A stretch of 64,000 nucleotides of DNA from Octopus sinensis (Eukaryota), in the NCBI RefSeq assembly GCF_006345805.1, contig NC_043005.1, positions 7,874,001 through 7,938,000 of the forward strand, read 5' to 3'. This document shows, piece by piece, positions 12,963 through 24,445 of the stretch. Positions within the stretch are counted from its first letter, which is position 1, and every line of letters starts with the position of its first letter. The position numbers and the translations under genes were made by a program. The notes under the pieces were generated by a model. That model searched no databases and was not told the DNA's origin. It was given only the letters and a program-made list of their open reading frames with translations.

Positions 12963-13347
12963 ATTACTCTTTTACTTGTTTCAGTCATTTGACTGTGGCC
13001 ATGCTGAAGCACCGGCTTTAGTCGAGCAAATCGACCACAGAACTTATTCTTTGTAAGCCTAGAACTTATTTTATCGATCTCTTTTGCCGAACCGCTAAGT
13101 TACGGGGACGTAAACACACCAGCATCAGTTGTCAAGCGATGTTGGCGGGACAAACACAGACACACAAACATATATATATACACACGACAGGCTTCTTTCA
13201 GTTTCCGCCTACTAAATCCACTCACAAGGCTTTGGTCGGCCCGAGGCTATAGTAGAAGACACTTTCCCAAGGTGCCACGCAGTGGGACCGAACCCGGAAT
13301 TATGTGGTTGGTAAGCAAGCTACTTACCACACATCCACACTTACGCC
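12963..13347 (-). mobile_element. SINE family A, full length
   Basis: Homologous to 1152-1587. Confidence 0.9.
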
Positions 13348-16256
13348 TATATTGTTCAATATTTTATGCGATTTCTAATGTATAGTTACAATTTAGGAGT
13401 AAAAGTGGTAAGTAAACGATAAAGACATCTCAGTTATATTGCTGTAACTTGTTTTATAGACCAACAAATGTTGTGAGCCCGGATTTCAAAATTTTCATTT
13501 GGATAACTTTTTATAAATCAAAGTATCTATCAATGACTAATTATTCCTGGCCGCGTCAAAGAAATAAACATGTGTGAATTCGTTTGGACTTGTCAAAACC
13601 AGGAATCGAAATAAGCTAGATTCCGCTTGAGGCTTCATCGTTGGCTTTTACCTTGAATTGTATGGGAATAATCAGTGTTTACTTGATTATTCCCAGTACA
13701 CTTCATACATAGACTTATAAAATCGAACTGTCTGTTGTGTCAAAATTTTCCATCATTTCGTAATAAGAAAGGTTGAGTGTTCCATCCAGAATCGATTACA
13801 GACAGTATTTTGAGTACTCCTAGAATGTATTTTAACAATTTCCTATTGGATCGATAGAATTACTTCTCACAAAACTATTCATATATATTATTTTCTATCT
13901 AATTTGCCACAAACATCTTATTAAGTTAGTTTGTTCTGAGTGGTACACTACTGTACACTTAACACTTTGCAATCGGCGTCATTCCGTTTCTTTCCTAGTG
14001 AGACAAGAAATCATTTACATCACTTCACTTTCTTCTCCTTCATAAGAATGACAGCTAATCAAATTTTTACAATTATGATGTTTGTTGGTGCTTTCACTGA
14101 TAAAGCCTGTATTTTCTATTATTGCCAAGTCCATGACAGAATAAATTAGAACAGAAATACACATTTGGTTCCTGTGAGTATAATTTAGATTGCAGGTGTT
14201 TTTACAGGTACATGAATTTCGATCAGTTTCATTTGTATTATTAGCATTGAGAAACCATATGAATATAATAAGAGGAGATTAGCACAACAGATTTTAAAAA
14301 TAACGAAATAATTCATTCCAATAATCTTAAAACTTCATAACACTATACGTTAGAGATGAAATATAAAATTCAGGTATGGACTGAAAATATGTCGTATGTC
14401 ACTGTGGGATTTTTATTTTCCTTTATAGACCGTGGAGACTACAAGTAAAATAGAATCAAGAAAAAATAACACTTGCTGGAAAATTAATGACTAGATCTGT
14501 ATCTGAATTCATTTTAAAATGTCACCCAAGGAAAAGAGTAAAGTGTTTGCTAGAATACTCGATGTATGAATCCAAGAAATTTTAATGAATTAAAAATATA
14601 TCAGTTAAAAAATGAATACTTAAATCACTACTTTTGAGCAAAAAAGCAGGGGAAATTTACGTGTCTGGATTTTGGAAAATGATATTTTTCTATTCATTCA
14701 AATACTTTGTTTTGTGTTAGCACCCTACAAGGGCTATCAGCTTGAATCACTAAACTCCATTCCACCTTCCGTCCATCCCTTCTCTCTCACCTTTGCCCCT
14801 CTTCCCCTCTCTCGCCCGTCACTTGCAACCTTGCTTGATCTGGTAGAAGAATTGATTTCTTTTTTATTCTTGATAATTTCGTGAAAAACTTCATCAATGA
14901 TGCTAAACTGTAGATCAAAGACGTTGGCACAAGTATGACTGCAGTTATTGAAGACCCGGTGTTATGGATTTTCTTCTAGTGTTCTCTCTTTTTCACCCTG
15001 TTGTTTTGTCCATATAAACTCTTTAACTTTTATAATTTTTTTATATTTTTCCACTCAGCGCAAATGGAATTCCATCAAGATAGGCACAACGGGTATCTAT
15101 GCTCGCTGCAGGACCTTTCAGTTGCCATGTGGTTTCAGTTGGCGATGTGGTTTCACCAAGAAGTGCATGTAATAGATCGTAGTTGGTCCAGATTTATCGA
15201 CCATACCATGCGTAGGTCTTGGCAGAATACAATAGACAGAACACTGTTCAGTGTATTTGATTTTTGTTCTACCTTTATGTCACATTTCCCGAAAGCGACT
15301 GCACTTCGATGAACCAGATTTACATAATTGTGTTAGCGGAAGCCAACAGAGGTAGCAGTTGTTTTGTAGATTGTCTCATAAAAATGCACCCAATGAGCAT
15401 CGATTGGTAGAGTGTCCGGTAACATTTTTAATCTGCTAATCTACTGGTAATTATTTACTGTTAGCTGTACTTCAGGATCTTTTACTTTGCTAAAATTCAG
15501 TATTTTTGGCACAGCTCTTCCAAAATTTTCCCTTCAGTCTCACAGACAAATTGCATATGGCACATATTATTACGTGAGCAGTGAGACAGCTATACTTTAC
15601 TGATTAAGTGGCTCGTGCAGAACTTATACCCGCAAAAGTTGTTCATGCGGGAAAACACGTTGTCCAAAACATGTATCGCTTTGACCACAAATGATGCCAG
15701 CTGAAAAACTGCTTTTCAGGAAGACAGAAAAACTTTTTGATGGTTACTTTGTATTTAGTTTATATTTCCGAAGTAACCTAAAGCATGGTTCTTTGGTATT
15801 CCTGCTTTACTAGTACTTTAATATAACCGAGAGTAAAAAGCTTATCGGTTATTGGTACGGTATCCAGGGGTCTACGAAGTGAATGGTAGGAAGTCCCACT
15901 TCTTATTATCTTTGCCTGTCATCGTAGAATTAACATTAAAAACATATATTATTTCCAGTCAGCGCTAATCGCACCTTCATTAGCTTAATGATTATAACAT
16001 CAGGAAGGGGCATCAGTTTGCTGTCGCGAACACTTTTCCAGCTTCTCAAGTCAGCTAATTTCATCATTTATCTGTTACCACTGGACTCTGTATTCTCATG
16101 CACTGGACTCGTCCTATTTTAAGTGTTCATCTCGTCGCGAGAAGACACAGACGCCTTCTCTACTCTCGCGCCCTTGACTCAGCAGAATACCCAATATATA
16201 ACAACTGGAAGGAGAGAGAACTGCATCTATCAGCAACGTTACTTTGAAAGCGAGTT

Positions 16257-16440
16257 AAGGTGGTGAGATGCCAAAATCGTTACCACGCCAGACAAAATTC
16301 TTAGCGGCATTTATTCCGGTTTTATGTTTTGAGTTCAAATTCCGCAGAGGCCGACTTTCTCTTTCATCCTCTAGGGCTCAATAAAATAAGAACCAAAACT
16401 GAAGTCGATGCAATTGACTTGCTTCTCTATCCACTAAAAC
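16257..16440 (+). mobile_element. SINE family B, decayed
   Basis: AAGGTGGTGAGATGCC...GAGTTCAAATTCCGCAGAGGCCGACTT matches the family B head and body with many substitutions. Confidence 0.7.
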
Positions 16441-17318
16441 TGCTCGCTTTGTGTCAACAAAATTTGAATCCATTATCGGCTTTGTGTCTATAGTAGAAAG
16501 GCTGATTTGAAGGTGAGTTTTATCTGTCTTGTAAGTCATATATATAGGTTTGTACTGATCAAATGCTGCTAAATTTTCGGTGACTGCATTCTGATGAATA
16601 CTGTCGCAGTTGGTCAAGGGCTGTTTATTAGTTGTAAGCTTACTGAGGAATTACAACCGTGTTTCTTGGTCTGCTACCACAACAGCTCAGGAGGAACCAC
16701 GTCCGGTTTCGGCCCCTACTCCTCTACCGTTTTGACGTGGCGGACTCCCCCCTTTCGGAGGTGTCTTCAGATCTGGTGTTGTGTGTATGTCTTCTTTCTT
16801 CTTCTTTCTTCTGTTCCCTGGCCTCTTCGATGTAGCGTCAACGAGTGTCAGCGGGCGACTGACTGACTTGTCAAATTTTTTCCCTACACACCAGCCGTTT
16901 CACTATCCACCAATGTGTGCACCAAGTAGCAGTACTGCTTCGCAAAAGGGAGACACTGGCATAGCATATTTAATAAACGCATAGTCCTTTTGAAAAACAT
17001 CACATTAAGCAGTCACATTACTGCTTAATCACAAATCATGTTAACACCAACGTGATAAAAACATTATCTCTCCTACTTAATTGCATAAGCAAAGACAGAT
17101 ACACACAAAAACGTCAATAGCTTCGCTGCCACCCCTCCATACTGAACTGGGATGCGTATTACAATCAATAAAAACTGAAGAGTGGCAATTTTGCTCAAAT
17201 TTTCATCGCTGACCGTGATTTACGGGTGTAAAGAAATAGAGCTGAGACTGGAGAGACTATAATATAGTTCTGTTTCCCATTCATCAGTATTTGCTGGAGT
17301 GTGCAGTGTTGTTCTTAG

Positions 17319-17424
17319 CTCGATGGAGTCTGGAAAGATGGCTTTGTGGGTCGTGCCTCGTTATGCGAGAGACTATATAGATGGCAAAGGATTGGTCGAT
17401 TAGGGATGACATGGGATTATACAG
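17319..17424 (+). CDS. Weak candidate upstream exon of the + strand gene (LDGVWKDGFVGRASLCERLYRWQRIGRLGMTWDYT)
   Basis: It has acceptor TTGTTCTTAG and donor CAG|GTATAA. Only one frame is open, and it ends in phase 1, compatible with the phase-1 start of 33621. No homology was recognised. Confidence 0.2.
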
Positions 17425-17974
17425 GTATAATGTATTTTATCTACTCAGAATCTAATTCCAACAAATAATGAAATAAATGTCATAGAACAGAACATTTCGC
17501 CATTTCTAACCCCTTCTACGTAAAGAATGTATAACCTTAGAACTAAATATGAAATGTGAACATCCTTTGGCATTGGGTTGTGAAATTGAGGATTTGCTAA
17601 GTTCATGACTTTCTCAGGAAATGAAATAATAATAATCTGCCGAGTGGTGGGGACTACGATTAAAGAAATATAATTATGAATGGAAACATCTTCCTTCTTT
17701 TATTCAAATTCAAATTGAATAAAAGCCTATAAAAGAACAAAAAATATGAGCATCAAGTCAAAGAATTTAGAAGGGAAAAGACGAAGACAAGACACGTGAT
17801 GCGACTATAGATAAGAGAAATCAAATTATTTGTGTAAGTAGAACTGTGGCACCGTGGTACTGGTGTGTGAAGAAAGTGTTAGAATAATCAGCAAGAATGT
17901 TAATATTATCCTCCAGTAAAGAAACAAGCAGCTGGAATGGTCTTTTACTGACATAGTGAACTACAACAGGAAAC

Positions 17975-18372
17975 GCGGAGAGGGAGATAGGAGAGAGAAA
18001 GAGAGAGAAGGAGAGAGAGGGAGAGAATGAGGGAGAGAGAGGGAGAGAATGAGGGAGAGAGAGAGAGAGATGAGGGAGAGAGAGTGAGAGAAAACTTGAA
18101 AAGTGTGTAATAGAGAAGAGTAAGAGAGAAAGAAAGTGGAAGAGTGGAAGAAGATGGAAAAGAAATTGGAGACTGTGAAAGAAAAATTAATAAACAAACC
18201 GTATGGTTGAAGGAAGAAAAGAATCGAGTGAAAGATAAGAAGAACAAAGTGAAGTGTAAAGGAATAAATCATGAGATAATGATAAAGGTGAAGACGATGA
18301 CGATGATGATGATGATGGGGATGCTGATGATGTTGGTGATGATGATGATGATGATGATGATTGTCATCATCA
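17975..18372. repeat. Purine-rich (GA)n tract (17980-18090) and (GAT)n tract (18290-18360)
   Basis: Seen directly. These tracts explain the low-complexity ORFs 17945-18247, 17961-18494 and 18144-18446. Confidence 0.85.
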
Positions 18373-18571
18373 TTATGAAGGATAACAAAGTCAAGTCGAA
18401 GGAAAGAGAGAAGGTTGAGGGGGAAAATAATGGCAGAGTGTTTTAATATTATATTGACAAGGATAGAGAGAAATTTGGTCCCATTGACTAGCACATGGTT
18501 GATATTTTGCTGCTGCTGCTGTTGTTGTTGTTGTTAAGCAACAAGACGGGTAAGGGTGATTAGGTGATGGT

Positions 18572-18748
18572 CTAGGGGTTAGGAGCGGGAGACCCCAGAC
18601 CTCGGAAAAAAAAAACTTTAGTCGTCTTGTTGTAGTCGAGGGCTCTTCGTTGACGCCCGACACCACTGGGAGGTGGCTCTCGAAGTCGCTGGAAATGGAG
18701 ATGTCCAGGTCCAAATTCTTGAATGGCTGATATTTTGCTTGGTCGGAC
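18572..18748 (-). CDS. Candidate terminal exon on the - strand (VRPSKISAIQEFGPGHLHFQRLREPPPSGVGRQRRALDYNKTTKVFFFRGLGSPAPNP*)
   Basis: It has acceptor TTGTTCAATCCACAG|GT, an open phase-0 frame to a stop, and GC content above the surroundings. No family was recognised. Confidence 0.25.
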   Translation of the reverse strand, partial: VRPSKISAIQEFGPGHLHFQRLREPPPSGVGRQRRALDYNKTTKVFFFRGLGSPAPNP

Positions 18749-19233
18749 CTGTGGATTGAACAATTAAGTAGGAAAAGTGCTATACATGCCGTAGTTTATC
18801 ATAAGCGATACACAATTTAACGTTTCGTAAGAGATCCCTCCAACCCTACTGGGGTACCGTGGAAACGAGTGAATACTCCCATGCTCATAAGCGAGGTTCG
18901 GAGGCTGGGGCTCAGATACAACCACCCATTCGTTGTGTCTTTCAGCTCTCTTGGAAATAAATAGGCTCGATGGCCTCCGCATTCTTTTCCAATTTACTGC
19001 CAGGGATGACTTTTAGCATTCGTCTCTTCGCAAGCACCAGCAGCAGAGAAGAGTTGTGCCCAGATTTGTCTGTTTTCTAATGTAGTTGCTTTCCCAGGAT
19101 GCCAATTCCACCTCCTCAGTTAAACCGTCGATGTAGTTGTGGTCGGACACTAAGTCAGAATTTCAAAGTTACCACAGAATTGTTTTATAATCGTTGACCC
19201 TATACTGGGTTCACCTGCCAATTTGACAGATAC

Positions 19234-19374
19234 CTTTTTGAGTGGTGTCCTGGTAGGTTCTAGAAATCCTCCTTCACCAGACCAACATCGATTTAGTCTT
19301 CGATGACCCAGCCATTTATCCGATTGCACCGGGTTACATATTATCAGTAACACTCGTGACTGTTCTGGTATAAC
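19234..19374 (-). CDS. Candidate 141-nt phase 0-0 exon on the - strand (VIPEQSRVLLIICNPVQSDKWLGHRRLNRCWSGEGGFLEPTRTPLKK)
   Basis: It has acceptor TTTTATCTATATTCACAG|G and donor AAG|GTATCT. The other two frames contain stops. Confidence 0.25.
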
Positions 19375-19405
19375 CTGTGAATATAGATAAAAGCTGTATA
19401 TCATA

Positions 19406-19804
19406 CTAGCAGTATCGCCCGGCGTTGCTCGGGGATATAAGGGAAATAACTATATAAGCATTTTTAGAGATGTAAAGTATAATAGCCATCTCAATATGGC
19501 TAACCACAACGGGGTGGTGGTGTTACTGTAGCTTTTTACGTTCTGAGATTTAATAATAAATTTTTAGAGAGTTACTTCCCTTATATATGCCAAAAATGCT
19601 TTAAAAATGGGAAAAATTGATGGTAAATTTTTTTAAAAATCGCAGACTCATCGTAGACGTGCGCTAATACCCAGAAGGGCTCGATATGAATCACGACTAT
19701 AAGATACCCGGTTTTGGTTAAACTGCACCGCAAAATGTGGGAGTAGTTGAGAATCTAAATCGTAGGTGACAGACAGCACATAACCTCACTTTTATATATA
19801 AAGA
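19406..19804 (-). mobile_element. Non-autonomous Helitron
   Basis: Same family and termini as 7602-8001. Confidence 0.85.
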
Positions 19805-20160
19805 TAACCCGTGAAAAGAAGGGGAAGAATAAAAGCTGCGGTAAAGAAGGGAATTAAGTGTAAGACTGAATTAAAGACAAAAGAAAGAGAGAAACTAAAG
19901 GATAAGGGAAAAGACAAACAAAATAAACAAAACTAAAAACCCAAAAAAATAACCCAAAACAAAACAAAAACAAAAAGATAAACGTAAGGCATTATTTCTA
20001 AAATATGTTATAATGGTTTACATGTGAAGATAAAAAAACTTGCAAGTGGCACAATTTTTTTTCTGTTGTACTGCTGAACTCGGAAATACGTTTGCACTCA
20101 GACTTGTAGCTGATGAAATTAAAATAAATTGAAAACATTCCAGTTAATGACTATTCTCTT

Positions 20161-20202
20161 TCATCATCATCATCATCATCATCATCGTCGTCGTCGTCGT
20201 CG

Positions 20203-20245
<43 letters not shown>

Positions 20246-20295
20246 TATCGTCAACATCATCACCATCATCATCATCATCATCATCATTGTCATCG

Positions 20296-20353
<58 letters not shown>

Positions 20354-20460
20354 TATCGTCAACATCATCACCATCATCATCATCATCATCATCATTGTCA
20401 TCGTCATCATCATCATCATCATCATCGTCGTCGTCGACGTCATCGTCATCATCATCATCG

Positions 20461-20519
<59 letters not shown>

Positions 20520-20652
20520 GTCATCGTCGTCGTCGTCGTCATCGTCATCATCATCATCATCATCATCATCATCGTCATCGTCGTCGTCGTCGTCATCGTC
20601 ATCGTCATCATCATCATCATCATCATCATCATCGTCGTCGTCGTCGTCATCG

Positions 20653-20684
<32 letters not shown>

Positions 20685-20719
20685 GTCATCGTCATCGTCG
20701 TCGTCATCATCATCAGGAC

Positions 20720-20755
<36 letters not shown>

Positions 20756-20877
20756 TATCGTCAACATCATCACCATCATCATCATCATCATCATCATTGT
20801 CATCGTCGTCGTCGTCATCATCATCATCATCATCATCATCGTCGTCGTCGACGTCATCGTCATCATCATCATCATCG

Positions 20878-20909
<32 letters not shown>

Positions 20910-20958
20910 ATCATCATCATCATCATCATCATCGTCATCGTCGTCGTCGTCGTCATCG

Positions 20959-21011
<53 letters not shown>

Positions 21012-21067
21012 GTCATCGTCATCGTCGTCGTCGTCGTCGTCGCTGTCGTCGTCATCATCATCAGGAC

Positions 21068-21100
<33 letters not shown>
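20161..21100. repeat. ~940-bp compound (CAT)n/(CGT)n trinucleotide array with higher-order duplication
   Basis: Seen directly. Interruption markers recur at 20243/20351/20753, 20432/20846 and 20714/21062. Confidence 0.95.
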
Positions 21101-21103
<3 letters not shown>

Positions 21104-21349
21104 CTGCTGCTGCAGCTGTTGCTGTATTAGCATCAGGATAATTATCTCAGTTCTTTAAACCGTCATCCCCCCCCCATCATGTTTACCATAGTTATGCATT
21201 TTAATTACCATCGCCATCACCATCACCAGCAGAAGTAGTACTAACAACAGCGGCAGCAGCGGCAGCAAAGTGGCCATCATACTTCTTTAATCCTCGGCAA
21301 CCCTCATCCTACTTACTATGTTTATTCTCTATAATTACTGTCGATTACG

Positions 21350-21430
21350 TCACCGCCATCACCACCACCACCACCACCACCACCACTACCATCACTACTA
21401 CTACAACTACTACTACCACCACCACCACCA

Positions 21431-21485
<55 letters not shown>

Positions 21486-21516
21486 CACTACTACTACTAC
21501 TACCACCACTACCATC

Positions 21517-21548
<32 letters not shown>

Positions 21549-21660
21549 CACCACCACCACCACCACTACTACTACTACTACTACCACCACTACCACCACT
21601 ACTACTACTACTACTACCACCACTACCATCACTACTACTACTACTACTACCACCACCACC

Positions 21661-21722
<62 letters not shown>

Positions 21723-21750
21723 CACCACCACCACCACCATCATCATCATC
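21350..21750. repeat. Compound (ACC)n/(ACT)n array
   Basis: Seen directly. Source of the poly-H/Y, poly-V and poly-G/S ORFs. Confidence 0.95.
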
Positions 21751-24099
21751 ACTAATATTCTCCTTATCCTCTTCATTCCCATCAGTAACGGTAGCAGCAG
21801 TAGCAGCAGCAGCAGCAAGATTGCACATCGCCATCCATACAGCGAGTGAACCTGAGACGTGTATTCTAAGCCTTCGTATATTCTAAGCGCTTCGATACCA
21901 AACTGGGGCTAATTGAAACTCTAGTAGACTTGTCTTATAGACGGTTCCACTTCACCAATCACGGCTTGTTTAAAGCTTTTCAATCTAGGACAGTCATAGA
22001 TGTCAAACAGTCTATTGTATGCGAAACCTTCATTAAACATGGCTAATTATTCGGATTAAAGGATTAATGTATTGACAACATTATTACTTAAATGAAAACC
22101 ACAACAACAGCCCCCAAAACATCAACTGTGACAAAAACTACGACAAATATACGAGAAAAAAAACCCAGTGAAAAACCAAATCAAGAACAAAAGAAACAAG
22201 TATAAAAAAGCAAAACAAAAAAGCCAAAACAAAAAAGAAACCATCACAAATTTGAGTTTTCCATCATTGAATTCATAACTAACAAGGATAACGCCTCCTG
22301 TAGATGGTTTTTAAAAAATCGGGATCAATATATTACATAATAGGCTAGTATCAAAGCGACTTGGTCCATTAATGCAGTATTGAAACATGCATAAATTACT
22401 CATGTAGATTACAGTCTCCATTTATCTAACCACTCTATATCCATTCATTTGCATTACAGGATGTAACTGATTTTTTTTATCGTTTTTTTTTCGTCTTTAC
22501 TTCCTCAGTTATTATTTAGAAGGAAAAAAATACGGCTTAAAATATGAATGGTAAAATGGTTAAAACGTCTAGAAACTAAATGGTAAATTGGTTTTACTTC
22601 ATAGAAATTAATATCAAAAACATTTTTTTTTCTCGATAATCAACATAAAAGCATGTTTCGTATTTCACCGCCACTCAATTGGTCTAATATATTAGTTTCC
22701 CATACGAGTCTCTGTCTGCTAACTGCGATAAATTAAATATATGAATAAATAAATAAATCAGGTATCTATTTTGTTCCCTTTTGGATGACGCTGGGAAAGT
22801 TAAACTAATTTTCTCGTCTACGATACGATGTATCGCACGAGGTAGCGGTAGTTATATCAGGAATCGAATGCGTCTTGATCCGTACAACACAATCAGCAAG
22901 AAGCCAACCTTGCAAATTGGATCCTTGTAAAAAGCTTGTAAAAATCTGTTTTGCCCGATTTAGACCAGTTTTCAGGGAAGGGAATATATGTCAGTTATCA
23001 GACAAAATGTATAATCAGACTAAATGGAGTCCCACAGTCAGCCTAACGCATGGCTTGAGTACGTTTTAGTTCTTGAGTTATAATCGCGTGTGCTAGGGAT
23101 ATTGAGAGATGTTTGAATTTGAACACGGACAACTGCTCCTCTTAGTATCAGACAGCAAGGAAATCGAGATGCTAGGTATCGTACTGAAGAAAAACGCCAT
23201 AGTAACAAGGTAAATCGTGGGCTTGAAGCTTGACATCTGGGGATGAAAATCAATCTTAGTCTGTGTTTTTGATAACAGATTGAAGATTCTGTTAAAAAAC
23301 TAGGTGTTTAATCCGGACGAGGTTCCACGTGAATAGGAAATGGGAGAAGATTACGAACAGAGTAATGGGTCTCACCCAAATATATGCTTAATGGAAGCTA
23401 TCCATAAATGATTGGGTAGTGGTAGTGAACTCATACATCGTTTCTGATATTTATAACCATTTGCCAGTCGCGTCATTCTCCAGTTTTCATTCGACTAGGA
23501 CAGAGTGTCAGCTCTTTTGCATTTTGATGAAGGGTCGCGCTACAAAGTACATCTGCTGTCAAATCTCGTGAGGAGGTCTTGGTATACCATGGCTAATGAC
23601 GTGCTGGTATGTATAAAAGTTACAACTTCAGAAACTTACGAACGTTGAATATGTGTTGTCGCTGTTTGAGACACGTTTTTCCTGCGGTTTGTCTTTTTGA
23701 TTCTACGGGCAAGCGAAAATCAAGATATTGGGCGCGTGGTGTCTAGAATGTTGTATACAATTTTATATCAGCCAAGCAACGCAGACTAGTCGCTCATCAA
23801 TCTGTACATTCTATATCAGTTTAATGGTGAGTAAGAGCAAATCCCATTACAGAGAATCTTCAGTCCTCAAGCTATGATCGCCATCTATAGATTGTCAGTG
23901 ATACATTGCTGGTTCGGAACAAACTCTCAACAGGACGACAGAAACAACCAACTATCTTCTCTGGCTGCCTAATATTCTTAGATAATTCAGTACTTTATTG
24001 CTCTATCTTAGGCCTTTCATCAAATCAAGCAAGCGATGGTTATCACTTCGAATTTCCTTGAGTTTAGGCACTCCATGACAATATTTTCCTTTAGCCCCA

Positions 24100-24445
24100 G
24101 CTGCTCACCTGCACCTCTTGCTCCTGTTCCTACTCCACCTGCTCCTCCTGCTTCTACTCCTCTTGCTGTTACTCTCCCTCCTTCTCCAGTTCCTACTCCT
24201 ACTCCTCTTGCTCTTACCATTCCTGCTCTTGCTTATCCTTTTCTTGCTCCTTCTGCTTTTCCTGCTCCTCCTTTTGCTTCTCCTTCCCCTCGTCCTCCTC
24301 TTCCTTTTCCACCTCCACCTTTCCCTCGTCCTCCTACCCCTCGTCCTCCTACCCCTCGTCCCCCTTCCCCTCCTCATTCCCCTCCTCCTTTCCCTCCTCC
24401 TCTTCACCTACTCCTCCCTTCCCTTCCTCCTCTCCCCTCCCCCAT
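24100..24445. repeat. Degenerate (CCT)n pyrimidine-rich low-complexity tract
   Basis: Seen directly. Source of the Pro-rich, Leu-rich and Arg-rich ORFs. Confidence 0.85.

Noticed and set aside
14672-15312. ORFs 14672-14884, 14948-15172 and 15001-15312 as exons or transposase
   Set aside because: No matching donor site and no recognisable motif. Probably a decayed repeat.
19010-19147. SDHNY as an HCF-1-binding motif of a THAP or P-element protein (- strand)
   Set aside because: It is a four-residue match in a short frame ending in a stop, with no THAP C2CH signature nearby.
20129-21834. Long ORFs (333, 329, 284, 145, 170 and 157 aa) as His-, Ser-, Met- or Gly-rich proteins
   Set aside because: They lie entirely in trinucleotide arrays, are open on both strands in several frames and have no credible splice or start context.
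22800-23700. Decayed Penelope GIY-YIG or 3' region (CLMEAIHK, TTGATGAAGGG)
   Set aside because: Only scattered short resemblances, with no GIY-YIG signature or intact hammerhead core.
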